Origin: a bacterium
GTDB lineage: Bacteria > UBA10199 > 2-02-FULL-44-16 > DYJF01
Reading direction: 5' to 3'
Length of the DNA stretch: 30,690 bases
NCBI GenBank assembly: GCA_041739675.1
Contig: JBGSNL010000025.1
Location: 1-30,690, forward strand
Translations under genes and position numbers: made by a program
Notes under the pieces: generated by a model
Told to the model about the DNA's origin: nothing
What the model saw: the letters and a program-made list of their open reading frames with translations, nothing else
Database searches by the model: none
Shown: piece after piece, positions 1-7,408 of the stretch
Numbering within the stretch: the first letter of the stretch is position 1
How the letters are laid out: every line of letters begins with the position of its first letter

Positions 1-1017
1 GTTGTGTGCAAACATGTCCGCCAGGCACGGATCGGTGAGCCCCGCAGCCGCGCACAGGGCTGTCTCGGTGTAATTAGGCGCGCTGAAACCCAATGGGTTT
101 GCAGGATCGCATTTGTTGTACTTCGCCAACGGTCCGACCAACCAGCTCGTTCCCGCCTCGATCCAGCATTTGTGGACAATGTTGCCGGTGGCCGGGTCAA
201 TCGTGAATGTTCCCAGATAGCCGTCCTCGCCGAAAAGTGTGGAGCCGACATACACTTTGTTATCGGGAAAAATTTTCATCCATTCGACGGCCGAGTCTGT
301 TCCCTCGAGTTCATGGAGCGAATCGTCCCTGTCCAAACGTCTCAGCCAATAAAGCCCCGTGTCCACGGTCCGCCCGTAAAAATACATCGTACTGTCCCGC
401 ATCACAACGTATCCATAAACCTCCGCATGCGATGTTGAAAGATCTTCTATATCGGCATCACCGTGATCGTCGGTATGGCTCCGGCGAAAAACTTTGAAAC
501 CGGAATCGTCGGTGCCGAGATAGTAGACCCATCCGTTTTCATCGAACTGGATCGCGTCGGTGCAGTAACCCAAAACGTTTGTCGCATCGTCGAAGAAACA
601 GGTCTTCTGAACGCTGGCCAGCGTGTCGTCGACGCAGCTGTATGAATCATCCCTGTTCACCTTCAACAAGACGCAGGTTTCCTTCTTGTTACTTTTCAGA
701 TAGGTCGATTTTTCAGCGAGGAGAAGATAGGCGGTATTATCCGGCGCAATGAATGTATCGTTTATATCGAGATCCCCGTCATAAAAGGGCTCCAGCTGCC
801 CTTCTGCTGAGAGTTTCTGAAACGAGTCCTGGCTGCCCTCCGTAATATCAAGCGAGGGAACAAAATCTGACTTCACGCCATCTATGCCACTTGAAGCCAT
901 CTTTACGATGCCCACGGCGTTCGACATGTCGAACGTGAGCTCTGTGGGCTCGTCTGAAGAGGAGCCGCATGCCGCCAAAAAAATTAAAGACAGCGATATC
1001 CCCAGAAATTTCCACAT
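1..1017 (-). CDS. Uncharacterised lipoprotein, 3' end runs off the window (at least 339 aa); not in the supplied ORF track
   Basis: Manual translation of the minus strand from ATG at 1017 gives MWKFLGISLSLIFLAACGSSSDEPTELTFDMSNAVG... with no stop to position 1. Lipobox LAAC; SD-like AAGGGGG just upstream; beta-rich, Asp-rich body with several Cys. Confidence 0.8.
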   Translation of the reverse strand, partial: MWKFLGISLSLIFLAACGSSSDEPTELTFDMSNAVGIVKMASSGIDGVKSDFVPSLDITEGSQDSFQKLSAEGQLEPFYDGDLDINDTFIAPDNTAYLLLAEKSTYLKSNKKETCVLLKVNRDDSYSCVDDTLASVQKTCFFDDATNVLGYCTDAIQFDENGWVYYLGTDDSGFKVFRRSHTDDHGDADIEDLSTSHAEVYGYVVMRDSTMYFYGRTVDTGLYWLRRLDRDDSLHELEGTDSAVEWMKIFPDNKVYVGSTLFGEDGYLGTFTIDPATGNIVHKCWIEAGTSWLVGPLAKYNKCDPANPLGFSAPNYTETALCAAAGLTDPCLADMFAHN

Positions 1018-1150
1018 ATTGCCCCCTTTATGTATACATTTTACACTCTGCAGGAGCGTATTGATATATAAAATTTCCTCATTTCTAAACGTTATCCGAC
1101 CCATTCTGAGCACTTTTATTTAGCGAAAAACTCTGCTAAATGTTTCGACT

Positions 1151-1918
1151 ATGAAGAAATATCAAAGACATCTTTTTAGATTAATGAGCGTTGTTTTTTT
1201 GACGGTCATATTCATCACTTTTTTCAACGGCCTTGCCGAAAAGGGGCCGTCCCGAAAAAAGTTCAAGGTCCTGGAGGGCGGTTCTGAAGATCTTATAAAA
1301 CCCGAGGCCGCGCCGGAAGTGAATTATCTCAAAGAGATCGCGGGCAATAAACATCTGAAGGAATGGATGGGTTTTTGGCAAAAATGTGTCCCGGGCCTCT
1401 CCGTGGATTCGATGGAAAGTCTCGGCCAGTTTCCGATAGATAACGAGCCCACCGATTTTGACATGTCCCAGAAAGTCAAAAACGGTCCGGGCGGACAGTT
1501 CTACACCGGTGCCCCGGGCGGCTCTAAATCGATAAATCCTTATTGGGGACGGCTGACCTACAAACCCGAAGGGAACGAGTGGTCGCCTTACATCGAGCAT
1601 CAGTGCGGCGCGGAGCTCTTCGATTCATCCCAGAAGAAATCGTCGATCATCCTTCGCTGCTACATGCACGACGGTTTGGACGGCGCGTTCTGGCTCGACA
1701 AGAACAGGGTGGTCGTCGTGGGCTATGATGCGATCACGCGCCAGATGAGCGTGGAGTGCGAAACGGTGGAGAGCTGCATAGCTCCTTCGGTGTGGATCGT
1801 CGATCTCAAATCGGCGACACTCACTCAATACCGCGGCAATGTCGTAAAGCGGGACGCCTGCAGTCTTGATGCCTACCTCAAGCTCAAGGTTCCAGGATTT
1901 TTCAACGAAGGTAAATAA
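1151..1918 (+). CDS. Hypothetical exported or membrane-anchored protein (255 aa)
   Basis: Long ORF with basic N-terminus and hydrophobic segment (LMSVVFLTVIFITFF); six Cys in the soluble part; stop is 2 bp from the convergent neighbour. No family recognised. Confidence 0.7.
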   Translation: MKKYQRHLFRLMSVVFLTVIFITFFNGLAEKGPSRKKFKVLEGGSEDLIKPEAAPEVNYLKEIAGNKHLKEWMGFWQKCVPGLSVDSMESLGQFPIDNEPTDFDMSQKVKNGPGGQFYTGAPGGSKSINPYWGRLTYKPEGNEWSPYIEHQCGAELFDSSQKKSSIILRCYMHDGLDGAFWLDKNRVVVVGYDAITRQMSVECETVESCIAPSVWIVDLKSATLTQYRGNVVKRDACSLDAYLKLKVPGFFNEGK

Positions 1919-1920
1919 AA

Positions 1921-2769
1921 TCAGCCGGACCATCCTGCCATGCGGGCCAGGAGCCACCAGAATGCCCTTCCCTTGAGGTAACAGTTGTAGCAGTTGGTGT
2001 GAGCACAGTCACCGTCATTGCAGCTTAAATAACTCGTGCCGCCGCAATAGGCCGCGCACCATGAGCAATCGTCGCTCGTGTCGGGATAATACGTTCCGCC
2101 TGGATCCCAGCTCTCCACGTCGGCGAAATCGAAAAGCACCCTGTGGTTCGCCGTCACATAATCCCTTATCTGTCTGTTGTTCGTGCGAAGCGTTCCGGAT
2201 TCACCCGTGCCATCCGTATGTCCCGTCATATAAATGAATCGGACGGCCGGAAAATCCTCTTCAAGCTGGTTCATCTCAGTTAGGTAATCAGTTACTTCGG
2301 AGGATGACATCGTGGAAAGCTGTCCGCACCACGACCACATGACAACGTCTATGTTGCTGCCGGGCGCGTTTAACCTGTCGCGTGTGATTGTCGCCCACGG
2401 TGAAGCCCCAAGATCGTCGCCCCCGTTATCTTCGAGACTCATGGATGCATAATCGTAGGTTGCGCTTTGAAGCATCTGAAGGCCGGTGATTATCTGGCTG
2501 CCGTGGGAGGTGTGACCGTAATATATGTGAAAATTGGTTATCGCCTGGCTTACGTATGATGCCGGAATGGCGTCAAATGACGCGGCGGACGTGTGATCGG
2601 CTATGATTGCGACAGTGCCGCCACCCGCCCCGCCTCCGCCGCCATCGTCATCGCCGCTGTCGTCGATCAGGTCGCTTTCCTCGCCGCTGCCACCCGGGCC
2701 GCTCGAGGTGCAGGCAAAAATAAAAATGATCGATGCGATAACGGCGAAGAGTTCGCCTTTTGAACCCAC
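1921..2769 (-). CDS. Lipoprotein with Gly/Asp-rich linker and a putative SGNH-like hydrolase domain
   Basis: Probable GTG start at 2769 after GAGGGGG; lipobox IFAC; low-complexity linker; motifs YYGHTSHGSQI, MWSWCG, FIYMTGH, LFDFADVESW and a Cys-rich CAHTNCYNC end. The SGNH fold is an inference. Confidence 0.65.
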   Translation of the reverse strand: MGSKGELFAVIASIIFIFACTSSGPGGSGEESDLIDDSGDDDGGGGGAGGGTVAIIADHTSAASFDAIPASYVSQAITNFHIYYGHTSHGSQIITGLQMLQSATYDYASMSLEDNGGDDLGASPWATITRDRLNAPGSNIDVVMWSWCGQLSTMSSSEVTDYLTEMNQLEEDFPAVRFIYMTGHTDGTGESGTLRTNNRQIRDYVTANHRVLFDFADVESWDPGGTYYPDTSDDCSWCAAYCGGTSYLSCNDGDCAHTNCYNCYLKGRAFWWLLARMAGWSG

Positions 2770-2832
2770 AATACCCCCTCTCAAGCTCGCTCTATATCAT
2801 TATTATAAGGGATTTACCCCCGGCCCAGATAC

Positions 2833-2867
2833 AAAAAAGGCCCGCCGTGAACTGCGGCGGGCCTTTT
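2833..2867 (-). terminator. Rho-independent terminator, possibly bidirectional
   Basis: AAAAGGCCCGCCG-tgaactg-CGGCGGGCCTTTT inverted repeat; six U follow the stem on the minus strand, about 20 bp downstream of the 2887-3297 gene. Confidence 0.85.
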
Positions 2868-2886
2868 CAGTTGCAATTCTATATAT

Positions 2887-3297
2887 TTACGCCGTTGCTT
2901 TGACCGCCTCGCCCTTCCCGAAGACAAGCATCAGGAAGAAGACGATGTTCGCGAACGGCACGAGACCGATCATGATCCCCCACCAGCCCGGCTTGCCCAG
3001 CTTTTCGGAGATCGACATCCACATGAGAATCGTGATGACGATGTTGACGATAGGTATCAGAAGGAGAATGAACCACCACATCGGCTTCGCGGCAAGCTTC
3101 AAGAGCAGGAAGATGTTCGCGATGGGGATCACCGCCCAGATGAAGGCCTTGCCCATCGGCATGCCGAACTTTTTGGCGAGCCTTGCAATGCAATAGGCAA
3201 AGAATAGATAAAACACGAGCCAGAAGATGATCATGCCCACGCCCATCCCCTGACTCATCTGCTCGACCTGCATTTTCATCACTTCTTCTTGTTCCAT
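2887..3297 (-). CDS. DUF5684-like small multi-pass membrane protein
   Basis: Repeated W-x2-IP-x2-NI pattern (WAVIPIANI, LLLIPIVNI, GLVPFANI), KP-x-WW motifs; SD AAGGGGGA upstream. Confidence 0.75.
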   Translation of the reverse strand: MEQEEVMKMQVEQMSQGMGVGMIIFWLVFYLFFAYCIARLAKKFGMPMGKAFIWAVIPIANIFLLLKLAAKPMWWFILLLIPIVNIVITILMWMSISEKLGKPGWWGIMIGLVPFANIVFFLMLVFGKGEAVKATA

Positions 3298-3406
3298 AAG
3301 TCCCCCTTTGTTTTATTACGGCCGCATTATCTTTTTCTTGGACGCCGAATGCAAGAGATATGATGGCTTGGCGCATAACGCATAAAATGATATAAGACGA
3401 TCAATC

Positions 3407-4915
3407 ATGGATGCCCGGTACACGGACAATTTTGAGATCGTGAGCCTCTTGGGCCAGGGGGGGGTGGGCCGCGTTTTTCTGGGATTCGAAAAAAATATCG
3501 GCCGGGAAGTTGCCATCAAGGAGATCAAGCCGGAAAAACTCGGGGCCAATAAAGACAAGGTGATCGCGCGCTTCATAAGAGAAGCAAAGATCAGCGGACA
3601 GCTCCAGCATCCGGGAATTGTCCCCGTCTACGAGATGGGCAAGAAAGAAGACGGGACCATATTTCTGGTGATGAAGCACGTTCAGGGCATAACGCTTCAC
3701 GATGCCATCGCCGAGCGTACTGGAGGTCCGCCCGATCAGGCTTTCAGAGCGCGTCTGCCGCTCATGGACAACCTTATCGCCGTGGCTGAAGCGGTCGGCT
3801 ACGCCCATTCAATGGGAATCATCCACAGGGATTTGAAACCTGCTAACATAATACTGGGCGCGTTCGGCGAAACGATCATACTCGATTGGGGGCTGGCAAA
3901 GAGAATTTCGGAAGGCGGTGAAGCGGTCAAGGAGGTATCTGATACGCACCGTGATGGGGATAATGAGAACGTCTTTGAGACAAGACAGGGCGCGCTCGTG
4001 GGAACACCGTCTTACATGGCGCCGGAACAGATCAACCCGAAATTCGGACCGGTGGGTTTTGCAAGCGATGTTTATGCGCTCGGCACGCTGCTTTTCATGA
4101 TCCTGACAGGCGACAAGCCTCACAAAGGAAATTCCCGGGAGCTTATGACCGCCGTGGCGAGCAACACCCCATCCCCCTCCCCGCGCTCGTACGGCCAGTT
4201 CATACCTCCGGAGCTCGCCGCAATCTGCGAAAAAGCGATGGCGAAAACGCCCGGTGACCGCTTCAAGGACGGCGCGGAATTTGCCGCCGAACTGCGGGCG
4301 TATCGCGATGGGCGCTTGGTAAGCATCTATGAATATTCGAAGATGGAGCTCTTCCGCCGCTTCGTCGCCAGAAACAAGGCCCTGATTTCGGCCACGGCCG
4401 CCGTTATCCTGGCAATAATCGTCGGTGCGGCCTTTTCCGTCCATTTTGCCATCGGCGCCCACAGGGCGCAGCTGCGCGCCGAGAACGCGCTGGTCGAGGT
4501 CACAAATCTTTCCGAAGGGGCGATGGCGCTTGCAATAAAATCCGCCGATGCGCTTGACCAATATGCAAGGAAAACAAAAACGAGACACATCGACGCCGAG
4601 GAATTTCCAAAACTCTTGCCCACGGATCCTTTGGAGAGCGATTATCAGGTGTGGTGCATGCAAGACGACGGCCGTATAGTTTATGACGAGGATCCGAAGC
4701 AGGTCGGCCTCATGCTATTTTCGGACAAGCTCTACGCGAATTTTCCCGAACTTTTAAAATTCGGCGAAAAGATAAGGAATGAATCCATGGGCGTAAGCTA
4801 CTATTCGTTCCTCTCGAAGGACGAGCAAAACGTCATCTACAAAGTGGCGGCGTGGGACACTGTCCGTGCGCTGGGCTGGAAGATCGTGGTCACGCATCCA
4901 TATATGACAAAATGA
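3407..4915 (+). CDS. Hanks-type Ser/Thr protein kinase with one TM helix and a C-terminal extracytoplasmic Cache-like domain
   Basis: GQGGVGRV, VAIK, HPGIV, HRDLKPAN, DWG, GTPSYMAPEQ and SDVYALG kinase motifs; TM ALISATAAVILAIIVGAAFSVHFAI; C-terminal DDGRIVYD...KVAAWDTV...WKIVV resembles a Cache/PDC subdomain. Confidence 0.9.
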   Translation: MDARYTDNFEIVSLLGQGGVGRVFLGFEKNIGREVAIKEIKPEKLGANKDKVIARFIREAKISGQLQHPGIVPVYEMGKKEDGTIFLVMKHVQGITLHDAIAERTGGPPDQAFRARLPLMDNLIAVAEAVGYAHSMGIIHRDLKPANIILGAFGETIILDWGLAKRISEGGEAVKEVSDTHRDGDNENVFETRQGALVGTPSYMAPEQINPKFGPVGFASDVYALGTLLFMILTGDKPHKGNSRELMTAVASNTPSPSPRSYGQFIPPELAAICEKAMAKTPGDRFKDGAEFAAELRAYRDGRLVSIYEYSKMELFRRFVARNKALISATAAVILAIIVGAAFSVHFAIGAHRAQLRAENALVEVTNLSEGAMALAIKSADALDQYARKTKTRHIDAEEFPKLLPTDPLESDYQVWCMQDDGRIVYDEDPKQVGLMLFSDKLYANFPELLKFGEKIRNESMGVSYYSFLSKDEQNVIYKVAAWDTVRALGWKIVVTHPYMTK

Positions 4916-4921
4916 AAAGTT

Positions 4922-6079
4922 TCACTTGCCCGCGGGTGGTTTCAGGGGATAACTCACCGAAAAAGTCGTGCCTTCGTCTTTGTTTGAGGTGAACGTCGCC
5001 TTCCCGTGGAGATAGCGCTCGGTGAGGAGTTTGACGCTGTAAGTTCCCAACCCGCGCCCCTTGCCCTTCGTGGAAAAAGATCTCTTGAAAATATTCATAG
5101 CGACATCAGGGGGCATGACGCTCTTGTTGTTGACCTTGAATTCGACCCAATCTCCGACCACGTGAGAACCTATTCTCACAACCTCCCCCTCATCGGCCAC
5201 TTCAATTGCGTTTCTGATTATGTTGCCCAGCACGCGCCTGAGAAGAACGGGATCTGTCCTGAAGAATGCGTCCTCCGATTTGGCGTCGACCTCCATTCTT
5301 ACTCCCCTGGAAGCCGCCATATCGAGATAAAAGGAAACGGCTTCGTCGATCATGTCCATCGCCTCTGCTTCTTCGATGTTCACCGCAAGTTCGCTTCGCT
5401 CAGCCTTCGTAAGATCTCCCTGCGATTTTATCTCCTCCACCAGACGATATGCGGCGGTATGGATCTTGTCTATCAGCTCCTGCTGCCTTTCAATGCGGCC
5501 GCTTTTGAGCATCTCCGTTGCGGTCCATATGACACTTGTGGTGTTAAGCATGTCATGGAAGAAGACCCCTTCCAGCAGCTCGCGGCGCTTCTTGTCGGTT
5601 ATGTTTCTTATTGCAAAAAAGACGAAATCCTCTTCGCCGAGGCGGATGGGAGACGACGCCACTGCAAGGTCCACAGCGTTTCCGTTTCTCTGCGTCACAA
5701 GGCATTCCTCGACGTTTTCGCGTCCCTCTTGCGCGGCGATGATGCTCGTGGTGGCTCCGCAGAACCTGCAGAACTCGGTGGTGCCGCAGCCCCACTCCGT
5801 CGAATTCGCATACACGCAATTGAATATCTCGCCGGGCCTCTTGCCGAGAACCGATTCCAAATCGTTCACCCCTAAAAATCTCTGCAGCGACGAGTTCGCA
5901 AAGACCGCCTGCCTGTTCTTGTCGAGGACGAGGATGATATCGAAAACGGTATTCAGCATCGTGTTTGTAATGGGGTTGCCGAGCATGCTTTCGGCTACGA
6001 GTTTTCTTTGCCTCTCTATCTCGTGGGGGGCACTTCTTTCGGCCGATGCAAACTTTGTAGACCTGCTTTTAAGAGCCAT
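4922..6079 (-). CDS. Soluble sensor histidine kinase with Cys-rich PAS domain (alternative start 6118)
   Basis: PAS-like ILVLDKNRQAVFAN...IRNIT; H-box FFHDMLN; N-box NIIRNAIE; F-box IFKRSFSTK; G2 GRGLG; no TM segment from the 6079 start. Confidence 0.85.
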   Translation of the reverse strand: MALKSRSTKFASAERSAPHEIERQRKLVAESMLGNPITNTMLNTVFDIILVLDKNRQAVFANSSLQRFLGVNDLESVLGKRPGEIFNCVYANSTEWGCGTTEFCRFCGATTSIIAAQEGRENVEECLVTQRNGNAVDLAVASSPIRLGEEDFVFFAIRNITDKKRRELLEGVFFHDMLNTTSVIWTATEMLKSGRIERQQELIDKIHTAAYRLVEEIKSQGDLTKAERSELAVNIEEAEAMDMIDEAVSFYLDMAASRGVRMEVDAKSEDAFFRTDPVLLRRVLGNIIRNAIEVADEGEVVRIGSHVVGDWVEFKVNNKSVMPPDVAMNIFKRSFSTKGKGRGLGTYSVKLLTERYLHGKATFTSNKDEGTTFSVSYPLKPPAGK

Positions 6080-6166
6080 AAGCGGGCCCACAATACCTAA
6101 AGAGATAAAAAATTGCATCTAATTTTCATCCGGTATATTAGTAGCGGTCGATCAACGGAGGTCCCG

Positions 6167-6535
6167 ATGGAAAAAAAGAAGATCCTCATCGTGGAGGACG
6201 AAACGGCGTATCTGGAGATGCTCTCCGTCCGCCTTGAGGAGGAGAAATACGACGTCATTCTCGCTGAAAACGGCAAAGACGCAATCCTGAAAGCCATCTC
6301 TGAAAAACCCGATCTGATACTGCTGGACATGCTTCTTCCCGACATGAACGGCCTTGAAGTCATGAAGATCGTGAGTTCGAGCTGCGACCTCAACCACATC
6401 CCGATCATAGTCATCTCCGCCGTGGGACGTGAGGCGGACATCCAGAAGGCCTATGAAGCGGGTGCGAAAGACTATCTCGTCAAACCATACTCATTCGACA
6501 ATCTTTTGAATAAAATTAGGAAAATCCTCAAGTGA
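6167..6535 (+). CDS. Single-domain response regulator (CheY-like receiver)
   Basis: ILIVEDE, LILLDMLLP, VISA, YLVKPY; SD GGAGG before ATG 6167; TGATG overlap with the next gene. Confidence 0.92.
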   Translation: MEKKKILIVEDETAYLEMLSVRLEEEKYDVILAENGKDAILKAISEKPDLILLDMLLPDMNGLEVMKIVSSSCDLNHIPIIVISAVGREADIQKAYEAGAKDYLVKPYSFDNLLNKIRKILK

Positions 6536-7362
6536 TGAAAAGACGAGTCGCAATTTTCATCTTTCTTCTTTTCGCAACCTCCTTTGCACACGCCCAAAAC
6601 ATGCTCTCGAACGTCCGTTCATGGCTCTGCTTTTACGGCAACTCATTTCCGTCGAAGGAAATGAATAAGTACGACCTCTACGTCTTAGATAGGACTGACC
6701 ACCCCGACATCGCTCCGCTCAAAAAACAGGGAAGCCACGTCATAGGATATGTGAGCGCCGGCGAAATAAGCAAGAACGATCCCCACTTCAAGGAAATTCC
6801 GCGAAATATATTGATCGAAGAAAACAAACAGTGGGATTCTCACAGGGTGAACATAAAAAATAAAAAGTGGCACGATTTCATTCTGAACAGAGTCGTCCCT
6901 GAAGCGATCTCCCATGGCTTTGACGGAATATTCGTGGATACGATAGACGTCGCCTTCTATCTCGAAAATGAAAAAAAGATGGCAGGGCAGATCGAAGGAG
7001 CCGTAGATCTTATTGGCAAGATCCGAAAAAAATATCCCGGCATTGTTATTGTGCAGAATGGGGGGCTCTTTCTTTCAGACAGGGTGGGCGAATCGATCGA
7101 CGCGCTGGCAGTCGAGGACATCTACACATTATACGACTTTGAGAACAAGAAATACCTGACGGCAAACGAGCAGTGGACAAAGGAAAGGCTTGTTCCCGTA
7201 AAGGCGTTTCAGGAGAAATTTGCAAAACCCGTGCTCTCTCTTGATTATGTGGAACCCTCGGATAGAAAAAAAATGGAACTCGTAGCTCATAAGGCGGAGT
7301 CGGAGGGTTTTATCCCATACATCGCCGATATCGGCCTCAAAAAAATCTTTTTCCATCCTTAA
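6535..7362 (+). CDS. Stand-alone PelA-type glycoside hydrolase (endo-alpha-1,4-galactosaminidase, GH114/GH166-like), secreted
   Basis: Signal peptide ending AHA-Q; motifs IGYVSAGE, GFDGIFVDTID, IVQNGG, AVED, SLDY, GFIPYI match the PelA hydrolase/Ega3 TIM barrel; sits at the head of the pel cluster. Confidence 0.85.
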   Translation: MKRRVAIFIFLLFATSFAHAQNMLSNVRSWLCFYGNSFPSKEMNKYDLYVLDRTDHPDIAPLKKQGSHVIGYVSAGEISKNDPHFKEIPRNILIEENKQWDSHRVNIKNKKWHDFILNRVVPEAISHGFDGIFVDTIDVAFYLENEKKMAGQIEGAVDLIGKIRKKYPGIVIVQNGGLFLSDRVGESIDALAVEDIYTLYDFENKKYLTANEQWTKERLVPVKAFQEKFAKPVLSLDYVEPSDRKKMELVAHKAESEGFIPYIADIGLKKIFFHP

Positions 7363-7371
7363 AACCCCATG

Positions 7372-7401
7372 TTGTCTTGGGCGGGTCTGAAATGGTATAT
7401 A
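7372..7401 (+). promoter_or_regulatory. Possible internal sigma70 promoter (leaderless-type)
   Basis: TTGTCT-18 nt-TATATA preceded by TG-n; ATG 7409 lies 7 nt beyond the -10 and has no SD. Confidence 0.3.
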
Positions 7402-7408
7402 TGCCCGG

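Noticed and set aside
2603..2710. GCC-rich repeat tract and Pro-rich ORF 2603-3196
   Set aside because: It is the Gly/Asp linker of the minus-strand lipoprotein read on the opposite strand, not a DNA repeat element.
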